Under the pieces are notes generated by a model. It did not search any database. It saw only the letters and a list, made by a program, of their open reading frames with translations, and had not been told where the DNA came from. From NCBI GenBank assembly GCA_034722635.1, contig JAYEOC010000108.1, forward strand, positions 1 through 26,837: DNA of 26,837 nucleotides. Direction: 5' to 3'. Made by a program: the position numbers and the translations under genes. Positions 17,001-26,837 of the stretch are shown piece by piece. Numbering within the stretch: the stretch's first letter is position 1; each line of letters opens with the position of its first letter. Origin of the DNA: Methanobacteriota archaeon. Its GTDB lineage: Archaea > Halobacteriota > Syntropharchaeia > Alkanophagales > Methanospirareceae.

Positions 17001-17048
17001 TTCTTTGGTACTGCATTTTTTTTCGTGAACGAATGTTTTTGATAAATC
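17001..17048. promoter_or_regulatory. Back-to-back (divergent) promoter region for nadX and nadC
   Basis: TACCAAAGAA BRE-like sequence on the minus strand and AACGAA-TGTTTTTGATAAA on the plus strand. Similar to 20487-20528. Confidence 0.5.
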
Positions 17049-17073
17049 AATCATTACTTTCCAAGAGTGGAGT

Positions 17074-17904
17074 TTGCAAATGCTGCTAAGAGAGATAGAA
17101 AGTTTTCTGGAAGAGGATGTAGGGCATGAGGATTACGAGGATATAGTGCCATATACTGAATGTAAAGCGGAGATAACGGTGCGAGCAGAAGGCGTCCTTG
17201 CAGGTTTGGACGAGGCAAAACAGATATGTGACTATCAGAATGTTAATTATTCCTCGGAATTTGAAGAGGGGGATCGAATAAAGCGTGACGATACTATTTT
17301 GACTGTGTGGGGCGCAGGAGCGAAGATATTGAAGGTGGAACGGTTGGTGCTAAATTTCATGGGTCGAATGAGTGGCATTGCTACTTTAACAAGCAGGTTT
17401 GTAAACGATGCAAGACACGTAAATGCAGCGATAAAAGTGGCAGGTACGCGGAAGACGACACCGGGGTTTCGGAAATACGAGAAGAAAGCGATAACTGTCG
17501 GGGGCGGTGACCCGCACAGATTCGGGCTATACGAAACGGTACTAATAAAAGATAATCATATAATGCTGATGGGCCTGGAGAACGCGATAAAGAAGGCAAA
17601 AGCGAAGGTTAGCTTCACACGGAAGATCGAAGTGGAAGTAGAAAGCCTGGAAGATGCGCTCAGGGCGGCGGAATTGAACGTGGACATAATCATGCTGGAT
17701 AACATGAAATCCAGAGAAGTGAAAGAGTGTGTGCGTATGCTGACGGAGAAAGGCTTCCGAGACGGTGTGATTTTAGAAGCTTCGGGTGAGATAACACTAG
17801 ATAATATACAGGAGTTTGCAGCTACGGGCGTTGATGTCGTATCAAGTGGTATGCTTACACATTCTGCTACGTGGCTGGGCCTCTCATTGCATGTTGTGGA
17901 ATAG
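17074..17904 (+). CDS. nadC: Nicotinate-nucleotide pyrophosphorylase (quinolinate phosphoribosyltransferase)
   Basis: TRKTTPG, HRFGL, IKDNH, EVEV, MLDN, EASG and VDVVSSG motifs. Start is TTG 17074 or ATG 17080, with GGAG upstream. Confidence 0.97.
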   Translation: MQMLLREIESFLEEDVGHEDYEDIVPYTECKAEITVRAEGVLAGLDEAKQICDYQNVNYSSEFEEGDRIKRDDTILTVWGAGAKILKVERLVLNFMGRMSGIATLTSRFVNDARHVNAAIKVAGTRKTTPGFRKYEKKAITVGGGDPHRFGLYETVLIKDNHIMLMGLENAIKKAKAKVSFTRKIEVEVESLEDALRAAELNVDIIMLDNMKSREVKECVRMLTEKGFRDGVILEASGEITLDNIQEFAATGVDVVSSGMLTHSATWLGLSLHVVE

Positions 17905-17938
17905 AGAATCAAATCGCATACAGTCAGGCATCAATTAA

Positions 17939-18655
17939 TCATTCCCGGTTCAACAAATAGTGCATAACCTGACTGCCGATATAAAGCGCAGTTAACACAA
18001 CAATAATAGCTGCCGGATATACAAACAACGACAGAGAGACAGCATAAAGGAAGAACAACGCGGAAAAAAGGATTAGCGATATTATTACTAACCAACTGTT
18101 CTTTAATTTCCTGTACTGTATCCGGCTGATCATAAAAAGGCATAAAATGCCCATTAAAATCACCAGGATATAGGCACAGCCAGGGATTGCCAGTTCGACA
18201 GCCAGTAGCATAAAAGAAGCTAACAAAATCGCACTGCCCGTAATTGGTAATCCCACAAACACGTTTTGCTGCGATATTTTTGCATCGTATCGCGCAAGCC
18301 GTAACATCCCACAGATCATATACGCACCACAGAACGCAGATACAACCACCACCTGTGGATATGTCAGTGTCACCGAGGAAAAGCTTTTTATGACTACAAA
18401 GGCAACAACTGCTGGTGCAACACCAAAAGAAACCATATCGGCAAGCGAATCGAGATACCGGCCTATGGGCGAAGACTCCACAGTTCTCGCCACGAAGCCA
18501 TCTAAGCCGTCAATTACCGTTGCTACTAAGATAAACACGAGTGCCGTTTTCTGTGCCCTTGTACTTCCGCCTTCAAGCACAAGTAATATGGCTGCGAATC
18601 CGAACAAGGCATTACAGACAGAGAGTAGATCCGGCAGTTTTATTAGCTTTAACAT
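17939..18655 (-). CDS. pssA: CDP-alcohol phosphatidyltransferase, archaetidylserine synthase-like
   Basis: DGLDGFVAR...SSPIGRYLDSLADMVSFG signature, LRLARY and FVGLPI motifs, multiple TM helices. Likely start MLKLIKLPD at 18655; the ORF track extends to 18736. Confidence 0.88.
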   Translation of the reverse strand: MLKLIKLPDLLSVCNALFGFAAILLVLEGGSTRAQKTALVFILVATVIDGLDGFVARTVESSPIGRYLDSLADMVSFGVAPAVVAFVVIKSFSSVTLTYPQVVVVSAFCGAYMICGMLRLARYDAKISQQNVFVGLPITGSAILLASFMLLAVELAIPGCAYILVILMGILCLFMISRIQYRKLKNSWLVIISLILFSALFFLYAVSLSLFVYPAAIIVVLTALYIGSQVMHYLLNRE

Positions 18656-18713
18656 GCTATCTGTGTAGATACCGCTGCCACCGATGCGTATTACCATACT
18701 ATCTTGTCCTACT

Positions 18714-19694
18714 CTATTCTTTAGGTGTCTTACCAATATAAAAGAACCGTTTTATTCCACGGTTGTAATCGCTCCATATACCCTCTTTTCCTTTCGCTTC
18801 CTCTTGCTTCTGCAGTTGTAGGAATTCCTTGAGCTGAGCGTCAAGCAAGTCGGCATAACACAATGCCTGTGCCTCTGCGAACATGGGTTTCACCGGCGAA
18901 CCCCATTCACCGAAGTTGTGATGACTCAGAATGAGATGTAGCAATCTAAGCTTGAGTTCCCGCGGGAAACCCGTAATCGCAGTTATTTTTCCCTCCACCA
19001 TGCGATAGCCAAGGACAATATGGTCCATAAGACCGCCTTCCGCGGTTACGTCTATTCGGAACGCATATTCATACACTTTTGTCTTCCCTATGTCGTGCAG
19101 AATGGCACCAGTAAGCAACAAATCACGGTCAAGCTCGGGGTACTGCCGGATGATGGTTCTGCATAGCATCACAACCGTGTGCGTATGTTCTAACAACCCG
19201 CCGATATAATTATGGTGATGTACTTTAGCGGCTGGCGCAGTTTTAAATGATTCCACGAATGCAGGGTCACGTAGGAACGAAAAGACCAATTGCTTAAGAT
19301 AATCATTCGTCATACCCGCCGCGGTTTTTTCTATTTCTGCAAATAACCGATTCGTGTTCTTCGATGCCCGGGGTAGATACTCGGATACGCTTTCGTTTTC
19401 GGTGTTTTTTACAATTCCCGGTAGCTCGAAGATCAACTGTAAACGACCTTTAAATGATTCTACCATACCCTTTATGCGGATAATATCGCCGGGGTCGAAC
19501 AAAGCAGCCGCTTCTTCTGCTCGCTCCCAGCATTTCGCCCATATACTGCCCGAGTTATCCCCGAATTTCGCTTGCAGGTAGTAGCCTTCCCTCGTCACAA
19601 ATCCCTTTAGCTCCTTCTCCAGCACGAGAAAAGTAGTATCAACTGAATCACCCACCTTCAAATCCTGCACCTTTTTCGTTTTCGATTCGCTCAT
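18714..19694 (-). CDS. OB-fold + HD-domain 3'-5' exoribonuclease, YhaM/Cbf1-like
   Basis: N-terminal OB fold (GDNSGSIWAKCWE), APAAKVHHHNYIGGLLEH, LHDIGK, HLILSHH..GEWGSP and AD.LDA motifs. Confidence 0.9.
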   Translation of the reverse strand: MSESKTKKVQDLKVGDSVDTTFLVLEKELKGFVTREGYYLQAKFGDNSGSIWAKCWERAEEAAALFDPGDIIRIKGMVESFKGRLQLIFELPGIVKNTENESVSEYLPRASKNTNRLFAEIEKTAAGMTNDYLKQLVFSFLRDPAFVESFKTAPAAKVHHHNYIGGLLEHTHTVVMLCRTIIRQYPELDRDLLLTGAILHDIGKTKVYEYAFRIDVTAEGGLMDHIVLGYRMVEGKITAITGFPRELKLRLLHLILSHHNFGEWGSPVKPMFAEAQALCYADLLDAQLKEFLQLQKQEEAKGKEGIWSDYNRGIKRFFYIGKTPKE

Positions 19695-19782
19695 ATTTCT
19701 TTCGCTCCAATACTAAAGTATATTTTTCTAAACAATTCCCTTTCGGAACCACCACCTTTGGAAGTACAGCGAAAAGCACAAG

Positions 19783-20442
19783 TCAAAGAAGCTGGAAATA
19801 GGACGCTATGAATTCATAATTCCGTTTGACATTGCTTTTACCGCTTATGAAGGCTCCATGCCCGGGCAGTAAAAGTTCCACATCCAGTGCAGACATCCTA
19901 TTAATAGACCTAATCAGCTCTTTACCATCACCAAAAGGTAAGTCATCCCGTCCAATACTTTTCTCAAACATTAAATCACCGCAGAACAACACTTTTTCAT
20001 CTGCGGCGTAAAGGCATATACTATCCGGAGAATGCCCCGGTGTAGGTAATATGCTCAACTCTTTGTTTCCAAGGCTCAGCACATCATCAAACACAATATC
20101 CGCCTCGAATTTACTTGATTTGCTAATGCCCAGGAACCGCGAAGCTTCTTTTATCATAACGTCAAGATATTCCAACTGTACTGAATGCAACGCAACTTTT
20201 GCGCCTGAAATATCCTTGAACGCTGCTGTTGCGTCACAGTGGTCAGGATGAAGATGCGTAATCAGTATAGAATCAATACTTTCGGGGTCAAAACCATCTG
20301 ATTGCAGCTCTTCAAGCAGCCGCGCGAGATACTTTTCCCGACCCGGATCTACAATAACCGTAATATCCGCCTTTATCACGTACGTGTTCGCATCGAGCAC
20401 ACCTCGCTCCTTATACCAGTACAAACCTTCTTGTATTTTCAT
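19783..20442 (-). CDS. Metallo-beta-lactamase-fold hydrolase (glyoxalase II-like)
   Basis: THLHPDH, TPGHSPDS, CGDL and LPGHG metal-binding motifs. Confidence 0.92.
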   Translation of the reverse strand: MKIQEGLYWYKERGVLDANTYVIKADITVIVDPGREKYLARLLEELQSDGFDPESIDSILITHLHPDHCDATAAFKDISGAKVALHSVQLEYLDVMIKEASRFLGISKSSKFEADIVFDDVLSLGNKELSILPTPGHSPDSICLYAADEKVLFCGDLMFEKSIGRDDLPFGDGKELIRSINRMSALDVELLLPGHGAFISGKSNVKRNYEFIASYFQLL

Positions 20443-20486
20443 AGCTTAAATCATCTAAATGGATGTTAGATTACAGGCACATATAT

Positions 20487-20528
20487 TTCTTTGGTAAATG
20501 CTTTTTTGAATGAACGGTTTTTTAAACC
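20487..20528. promoter_or_regulatory. Back-to-back promoter region for the MBL hydrolase and apgM
   Basis: TACCAAAGAAATATAT on the minus strand and TGAACGGTTTTTTAAACC on the plus strand. Similar to 17001-17048. Confidence 0.5.
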
Positions 20529-20606
20529 TTAACAAATAGATATAGTTAGCATTCAATTCTTATCCGCATAAGCATAAACAGGGAATACATTGTTCAAGGC
20601 GAAAAG

Positions 20607-21836
20607 ATGAGCGAAAGAACAAGCTATGGTAAAGCGGTATTGGTAGTATGTGATGGCCTTGGAGACCGCCCCACGGTCGAAGGGAAGACACCGTTGCAAG
20701 CTGCGGATACGCCCAATCTGGATGCCATAAGCGAAGCGGGTATAAATGGCTTGGTGACCGTAATAGCCCCCGGGATAGTACCAGGAAGTGATACCGCACA
20801 TCTTGCCCTCTTTGGGTACGATCCCTACGAGTTTTATCCCGGTAGGGGCGTGTTTGAAGTGCTCGGTGCCGATATGTCACTAAACAAAGGTGATGTAGCG
20901 TTTCGAGCGAATTTTGCGACTGTAGATGATGATTTGCGGGTCTTAGACAGACGGGCAGGAAGGAAAGGTAGTAAAGCCATGGCAAAACTGTTGAACGGGC
21001 TTGAAATAGATGATGTCCGGATATCTCTGGAAAATACCACGGAGCACCGAGACGCGCTTGTGATGACAGGCTCAAATCTTTCTCGCGACGTATCGAATGT
21101 GGACTCACATGTGGCGGGAAGCATTGTAGCAGAATGTAAACCGCTTAAGGATACCGATGCCGCGAAGAAGACCGCAAAAATTGTGAATGAATTTGTACGG
21201 AAGAGTTATGAACTCCTGAACCATCATCCGGAGAATGAAGATAGAAGACGGAACGGAGAACTACCTGCGAATATTATACTTCTAAGAGGTGCGGGTAGTT
21301 ACAGGCAAGTGCCGCCGATGAGCGAAAGGCAAGGATTTAGTACTGCCTGCGTGGCTGGTGCTTCGCTCTATAAGGGAGTTGCAAAGTATGTCGGGATGGA
21401 TGTCATTCCAGTTGAGGGTGCAACCGGCAAATCCGATACGAATTTGAAGACTAAGGCAGAAGCGACATTGCATGCACTGGAACACTACGATTTTGTGTTC
21501 GCGCATATAAAAGCGACAGATAGCTTTGGACATGACGGCGACTTTGAAGGTAAGCGCGAGATGATTTCACGAATAGATAGCGAGTTTATGAGCAGGCTAA
21601 AAGAGACTGATGCGTATATCGTCATTACTGCGGATCATAGCACGCCGGTGTCACTAAAACGGCATAGTAGCGACCCTACACCCATTGTCATGAATGGTGC
21701 GGGCGTTAGAAGAGATAAAGTAGATTCTTATGACGAGATTGCCGTTGCTTCCGGTGGATTGGGCAGGATAAGAGGCTTGGATTTAGTTCCGATATTATCG
21801 GACTGTATGGGTTATTATAAAATGTATGGGACATGA
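20607..21836 (+). CDS. apgM: 2,3-bisphosphoglycerate-independent phosphoglycerate mutase (archaeal type)
   Basis: DGLGDRP, TPLQAADTPNLD, PGSDTAHL, GRGVFE, HIKATDSFGHDG and TADHSTP...HSSDP motifs. Confidence 0.95.
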   Translation: MSERTSYGKAVLVVCDGLGDRPTVEGKTPLQAADTPNLDAISEAGINGLVTVIAPGIVPGSDTAHLALFGYDPYEFYPGRGVFEVLGADMSLNKGDVAFRANFATVDDDLRVLDRRAGRKGSKAMAKLLNGLEIDDVRISLENTTEHRDALVMTGSNLSRDVSNVDSHVAGSIVAECKPLKDTDAAKKTAKIVNEFVRKSYELLNHHPENEDRRRNGELPANIILLRGAGSYRQVPPMSERQGFSTACVAGASLYKGVAKYVGMDVIPVEGATGKSDTNLKTKAEATLHALEHYDFVFAHIKATDSFGHDGDFEGKREMISRIDSEFMSRLKETDAYIVITADHSTPVSLKRHSSDPTPIVMNGAGVRRDKVDSYDEIAVASGGLGRIRGLDLVPILSDCMGYYKMYGT

Positions 21837-22006
21837 ATATGTGTACGCGAATAAGGGTTGAACTTGCTTTGGAACGGTACAGGACAAATGAATCATCGTT
21901 AGCAAAATCGGCTGAACTCGCCGGGCTTACTACGGTAGAATTCAAGAAACTTATTGCTGATAGAGGTATAGCAAAGGAGATAGAGGAAGAGGGTACATCT
22001 GCGTAA
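21833..22006 (+). CDS. UPF0175-family small protein, probably N-terminally truncated (not in the ORF track)
   Basis: 57 aa: MNMCTRIRVELALERYRTNESSLAKSAELAGLTTVEFKKLIADRGI... matches the family pattern ELA..LY....SL.KAAELAG.....F..L..RGI. ATG overlaps the apgM stop (ATGA). Confidence 0.7.
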   Translation: MNMCTRIRVELALERYRTNESSLAKSAELAGLTTVEFKKLIADRGIAKEIEEEGTSA

Positions 22007-22085
22007 TAAAACAATAAGTTTAACCCGATAGTGAACAAGAATAAATAATAACGATTCATGACTGTTTCAATGTTACAACGCTAAA

Positions 22086-22793
22086 ATGATCGAAGTTTCT
22101 CTTGTTTTACCAGCATACAACGAAGCAGAAAGGTTAAGAGATACAGTTAGGCAAGTAGCGGATGCGTTACAAAAAATGAGCACTTCGTTCGAGATTATCA
22201 TCGCGGAAGACGGCTCAACTGATGGTACCAGCAATACCGCAGACGAACTGGCAAAAGAATTTACTTATGTGACGCATCTGCACAGTAACGAGAGGTTAGG
22301 TCGCGGCAAAGCGTTAAATCGTGCGTTTAAGTCATCAAAAGGTGAAATTGTCGCGTACATTGATGTTGACCTTGCAACCGACTTGAAACACCTCGACGAG
22401 TTGATTGAATCAATACGAGAAGGTTACGACATCGCAACGGGCTCCCGAATGTTAAAAGATAGCGATGTGAAACGGTCTTTTACACGATTGGTCGCGAGCA
22501 AGGGCTTCAATTTCATGACACGGCATTTACTAAAGTCCGAGCTAAAAGATCATCAATGCGGCTTTAAAGCATTCAAAAGGGAGTCGTTAATCGCTATTCT
22601 GGATACTGTAAAGGACAATCACTGGTTCTGGGATACTGAGATACTGGTGAGAGCACAAAGGGAAGGATACCGGGTAAAAGAGTTTCCCGTGAGATGGCGA
22701 TGTGACAACCAAACAAAAGTGGATTTGAAGAGAGATGTAATAGAGATGGGTACACAAATTTTAAGGCTCTGGCGTGAGCTTAGACATACGTAA
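22086..22793 (+). CDS. GT2 glycosyltransferase, dolichyl-phosphate glycosyltransferase-like
   Basis: VLPAYNE, EDGSTDG, GRGKAL, DVD (DxD), D.QCGFKAF, WFWDTE and EFPVRW motifs. Confidence 0.92.
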   Translation: MIEVSLVLPAYNEAERLRDTVRQVADALQKMSTSFEIIIAEDGSTDGTSNTADELAKEFTYVTHLHSNERLGRGKALNRAFKSSKGEIVAYIDVDLATDLKHLDELIESIREGYDIATGSRMLKDSDVKRSFTRLVASKGFNFMTRHLLKSELKDHQCGFKAFKRESLIAILDTVKDNHWFWDTEILVRAQREGYRVKEFPVRWRCDNQTKVDLKRDVIEMGTQILRLWRELRHT

Positions 22794-22844
22794 TTGTGGT
22801 TTTCCCAAATAAGGGATGTATTCTATGGTGGTGTTTCACGAAAT

Positions 22845-24020
22845 ATGAACGAAAAGACGAAAAGGTTTGTACGGGGCAAATACAGGGATTATTACAGAAC
22901 TGCGCAGATAGAACTCCTGTCGGATTTAAGGATGCGGGAACTGGCATTCGTTCATTTTGACCCGTCTTACCCTGCGAAACTCGTGATGAGGCGGCACAAA
23001 TCCTTTAACACAGATGTTGACTTAGTGAATTACCTCAAGGAGCATGCACCGGCTCATGCCTACCATTCCGCTGCGATTTATAAATATCCCGCGGGCCCGA
23101 ATATGGCAAGCAAAGACTGGATCGGTGCGGATTTGATCTTTGACCTCGATGCCGACCACGTGGTGGATGAATCCGAGCTTCCGGACTATTCTTATGAGGA
23201 CCTGCTGGTACTTGTGAAAAAAGAGACAGTAAAATTGATTGACTTTCTGCTTAACGATTTCGGATTCCAAGAAGACGAGCTCGAGCTTATATTCTCGGGG
23301 TCAAGGGGCTATCACATACATATACTGAAGCAAGAGGTACGAAAGCTTGGCAGTCGAGAACGGCGTGAAATAGTTGATTATATCACGGCTACGGGGCTCG
23401 ATATGGATAGTTTCCTGAAAGGTAGTGGCACGGTAGAGAAAGAAGATTTGAAGTTTACTCGTGATGGCTGGGGAAAACTACTACTAAAAGGGCTGATAGA
23501 GTTCCTGCACGAAATAGCGGCAATGGAAGAGAAAGAGGCTATCCAGGTAGTAAACCGTGCAGGAGTGAAAGAGCGAAGGAAAGCGGAAGAGATAATCAGG
23601 ATTGCCCGAGATGAGACCGTGATGGAACGGATAGAACAAGGCGAAATACCTCAGTTCGCTAAGTCCATTAGATGGGATAAAATAACAGGGGCAGTAACAA
23701 AGACAGTACGAGTAAAATCAGCGGATAAACCTGATGAACCCGTGACTGCAGACATAAAACGGCTTATCCGGCTGCCGACCTCGCTGCATGGCAAATCGAG
23801 TTTTGTAGTAAAACCGTTAAAACTAGCAACTTTTGATGAGTTCGACCCTTTAGAAGATGCGGTTGTCTTCGGCGATTCGCCCGTGGAAGTACAGATGGTT
23901 CGTAGCGCCGCGATAAAGCTGAAAGGCGAGAGCTATAAGCTAGAAGAAGGCGAAACCGCTTCGTTACCGGAACATGTTGCGCTTTTTTTCATGTGTCGTG
24001 GCGCCGCCGAGTGCGTTTAA
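22845..24020 (+). CDS. priS: Archaeal DNA primase small (catalytic) subunit
   Basis: MRRH, HAYHSAAIY, DLIFDLDAD (DxD), FSGSRGYH and D.PVTADIKRLIRLPTSLHGK motifs. Likely ATG at 22845; the ORF track starts at TTG 22794. Confidence 0.96.
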   Translation: MNEKTKRFVRGKYRDYYRTAQIELLSDLRMRELAFVHFDPSYPAKLVMRRHKSFNTDVDLVNYLKEHAPAHAYHSAAIYKYPAGPNMASKDWIGADLIFDLDADHVVDESELPDYSYEDLLVLVKKETVKLIDFLLNDFGFQEDELELIFSGSRGYHIHILKQEVRKLGSRERREIVDYITATGLDMDSFLKGSGTVEKEDLKFTRDGWGKLLLKGLIEFLHEIAAMEEKEAIQVVNRAGVKERRKAEEIIRIARDETVMERIEQGEIPQFAKSIRWDKITGAVTKTVRVKSADKPDEPVTADIKRLIRLPTSLHGKSSFVVKPLKLATFDEFDPLEDAVVFGDSPVEVQMVRSAAIKLKGESYKLEEGETASLPEHVALFFMCRGAAECV

Positions 24021-24037
24021 CAACCTATTTTGTACGG

Positions 24038-25081
24038 TTACCCGTAATATTGCCCGGTTTTACGTTTTCTGAGTAGATAGATGAAGAACGGTGCACCGAA
24101 GAATGCTGTGATTATGCCAACCGGTAACTCGCCTAATAACCGTGCCAATGCGTCCGTCCAGACAAGAAAGATACCGCCTACCAATGCGGAAGCGGGAAAA
24201 AGTATGCGGTGATCCGGTCCCACGATCATTCGCGTGATGTGCGGTATTATCAGGCCGACAAAGCCAATAGTGCCTGCGAAGGCGACCGCGGCTGCTGTTA
24301 TGAATGCTGAGAGCACCAAAAGTATTCTCTTTACGCCTTCTACGTTAATCCCCAATGTCTGCGCGGATTCCTCGCCAAGCAGCATTGCGTTCAGGTCCTT
24401 TGCAAAGATGTAAATCAGGACGAAGCAGACGCTAACAGGCAAAAGCGTTATTTTCACCTGTGTCCAGTTAGCGAGCCAGAAACCGCCCATCAACCAGAAG
24501 AAGATGTTGTGTAATGATTTGCCCGCGATCGCCATGATGAGGAATAATATAGCGCCTAAGAATAACGAAACTGCTATCCCCGTGAGCAGCAATGTGTCTA
24601 TCGGTATTCTTCCGCCTACTTTTGCAAGGTTATAGACAAGGAAAGTGGCGAACACGGCGCCGAAAAAAGCCAGGAACGGCGTGGTGTAAATCGAGAGGAA
24701 CTGCTGTAGAAACGCAATAGAAATAGCAGCGCCAACTGCAGCGCCTGATGAAATACCGATTATGTAGGGGTCAGCCATGGGATTTTTGAATAGCCCCTGC
24801 AATGTAGTTCCCGCGGTTGCCAGTGCTGCACCGACCATTATCGCCAGGAATATCCGTGGCAGTCGAATATCAAAGATTATTATGTCAGTCACGGAAGAAG
24901 GCGCTTCGCCGAGCTGAAGTTTGTACCATATCAAAGAGACTATTTCCAGCGGCGAGACATAAACAGGACCTATTGCCGTTGCCAATACGATAGTAAAACA
25001 TAGAATTACAATTAAATAGACCATGACCATTTTCCAGTGCATGAATTTCAAAGTATGCGTTGCTTTTGCTTCTTCTGTCAT
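24038..25081 (-). CDS. FecCD/BtuC-family ABC permease (cobalamin or iron-chelate)
   Basis: IRLPRI, QGLFKNPMADPYIIGISSGA, LGEESAQTLG, GFVGLIIPH and GAPFFIYLL motifs. No binding-protein or ATPase gene adjacent. Confidence 0.93.
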   Translation of the reverse strand: MTEEAKATHTLKFMHWKMVMVYLIVILCFTIVLATAIGPVYVSPLEIVSLIWYKLQLGEAPSSVTDIIIFDIRLPRIFLAIMVGAALATAGTTLQGLFKNPMADPYIIGISSGAAVGAAISIAFLQQFLSIYTTPFLAFFGAVFATFLVYNLAKVGGRIPIDTLLLTGIAVSLFLGAILFLIMAIAGKSLHNIFFWLMGGFWLANWTQVKITLLPVSVCFVLIYIFAKDLNAMLLGEESAQTLGINVEGVKRILLVLSAFITAAAVAFAGTIGFVGLIIPHITRMIVGPDHRILFPASALVGGIFLVWTDALARLLGELPVGIITAFFGAPFFIYLLRKRKTGQYYG

Positions 25082-25275
25082 CTTTCACTCTCCGACCCCG
25101 CAAAAAAGCCCAGTTGAGCGTTCTATACCGGCAACTACCGTTTTGGGCATTGCTATATTACTCATAAGACCGGGCACATCATAAAGTATTTGGTCTTTAT
25201 GCTTTTCTCTTTACGAAAAATCCGATCATTATAAATAGAGGCAGAGTATTGTAATAGCGAAGGTGAGAGAACGTA

Positions 25276-26238
25276 ATGATAAGTGTGAATGAGTATGGAA
25301 TAGACGTATTTGAGGAGATGATGGACAATTCGGAGGAGCTCCAGGTAGGTATTTTGGAGCTGGATAACGGGACCACGATAATAGATGCAGGAGTGGAAGA
25401 AACAGGTGGATTTGAGGCTGGGTTATACGTGTCGAGGATATGCATGGCCGACCTTGCGGACATACGATTCAGCACTTTTGACCTCGGAACATTATCGTGC
25501 CCCGCGATAGAGCTTACCACCGACCATCCGATAATCGCCTGTATGGCATCGCAATTTGCGGGGTGGAGTATAAGCGTGAAGAAATTCTTTGGTATGGGTT
25601 CAGGACCTGCAAGGGCTCTTTCCCTAAATCCAAAGGAACTGTATGAGAAGATAGGGTACGAGGATGATACACCCGAAGCGGTATTGGTTCTTGAAAGTAG
25701 TGTGATACCAGATGAAGAAGTGACCGCGAAGATAGCGGCTGATTGCAAGGTGGACTCGGAAGACCTGTATATCGTAGTCGCACCAACCGCTTCGATCGCC
25801 GGTTCTGTGCAGATAGCGGCAAGGGGGGTAGAGACGGGTATCCACAAATTCGAGTCCATAGGATTTGATATAAACAGCATAACACATGGGTATGGTATTA
25901 TACCAATCTCGCCTATTGTGGGTAATGATGTGGAGTGCATGGGCTCGACCAACGACTGTATCATCTACTGTGGTCGCATGTCTTATACCATAGACTATGA
26001 TAATGTGGAAGAGCTGAAGGACTACGTGAAGAAAGTGCCTTCGCATACATCCAAAGATTACGGACAGCCGTTCTACAAGACGTTTAAGGAAGCGGGATTC
26101 GACTTCTACAAAGTAGATGCGGGTATGTTTGCACCTGCGGAGGTCACAGTAAACGAGATAAATAGCGGCAAAACTTTTACAAGCGGTAAGATAAATACCG
26201 ATGTGTTGCTGGAATCTTTCGGTGTAGAGAGTTTATAA
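25276..26238 (+). CDS. mch: Methenyl-tetrahydromethanopterin cyclohydrolase
   Basis: [60 protein letters not shown] and [13 protein letters not shown] motifs. Confidence 0.97.
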   Translation: MISVNEYGIDVFEEMMDNSEELQVGILELDNGTTIIDAGVEETGGFEAGLYVSRICMADLADIRFSTFDLGTLSCPAIELTTDHPIIACMASQFAGWSISVKKFFGMGSGPARALSLNPKELYEKIGYEDDTPEAVLVLESSVIPDEEVTAKIAADCKVDSEDLYIVVAPTASIAGSVQIAARGVETGIHKFESIGFDINSITHGYGIIPISPIVGNDVECMGSTNDCIIYCGRMSYTIDYDNVEELKDYVKKVPSHTSKDYGQPFYKTFKEAGFDFYKVDAGMFAPAEVTVNEINSGKTFTSGKINTDVLLESFGVESL

Positions 26239-26257
26239 GTAGTAATTTGGAGCGTGG

Positions 26258-26298
26258 CTGCCGGAGCTTACCGGCAGTTCCTATTTCTTTTTTGTTTT
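26258..26298 (+). terminator. Hairpin plus T-rich tract after mch
   Basis: CTGCCGG-agctta-CCGGCAG (7-bp stem) followed by TTCCTATTTCTTTTTTGTTTTT. Confidence 0.65.
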
Positions 26299-26341
26299 TA
26301 AAGCTTTTGTTTTAAGAGACGGTTAGTAGTATTCGAACGAA

Positions 26342-26735
<394 letters not shown>

Positions 26736-26837
26736 TCGGTAAAACATTTAAACCGCATTATCATCAATTAACATTTAAAATTTGTTTTTGGTAGTGTTTT
26801 TTGGCATTGCCCTATCTTTTACTGCTTCTGTTAGTGC

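Noticed and set aside
17750-17800. NadC EASGEIT instead of the usual EASGGIT
   Set aside because: A single substitution with all other catalytic motifs intact is not enough to suggest altered function.
25095-25115. CCCCGCAA...AAGCCCAG resembling cobalamin riboswitch fragments
   Set aside because: It is on the strand opposite to the permease and the other conserved riboswitch elements are absent.

Overview
Archaeal DNA from a methanogen or ANME-type euryarchaeon, judged from mch, archaeal priS, apgM, nadX and BRE/TATA promoters. An ANME-1-like origin is my impression only. The window has three blocks. (1) 195-11568: eight co-oriented minus-strand two-component genes, comprising three complete histidine kinases, three stand-alone receivers and two receiver-sensor proteins that end in a bare DHp (HisKA) domain with no ATPase domain. 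No gene carries a DNA-binding output domain. The triad 'complete kinase -> REC-PAS-DHp-only -> single REC' occurs twice, and both DHp-only proteins stop exactly 58 residues after the His. This is the best candidate for an undescribed system, a four-step phosphorelay or phosphatase module. (2) About 11.6-14.26 kb: a decayed accessory zone with an internally repeated orphan protein (perfect 32-bp direct repeat), a possible Cys-rich microprotein, palindromic short-repeat elements, a DJ-1/PfpI pseudogene, a YqhA-like gene, an internally deleted IS1-family element and a candidate MITE. (3) 14.27-26.24 kb: a housekeeping block (TPR protein, nadX, nadC, pssA, YhaM-like HD nuclease, MBL hydrolase, apgM, UPF0175 fragment, GT2, priS, BtuC-like permease, mch), followed by a hemB pseudogene. 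No rRNA, tRNA or CRISPR array was seen. All family assignments come from motifs read by eye; no database search was run.
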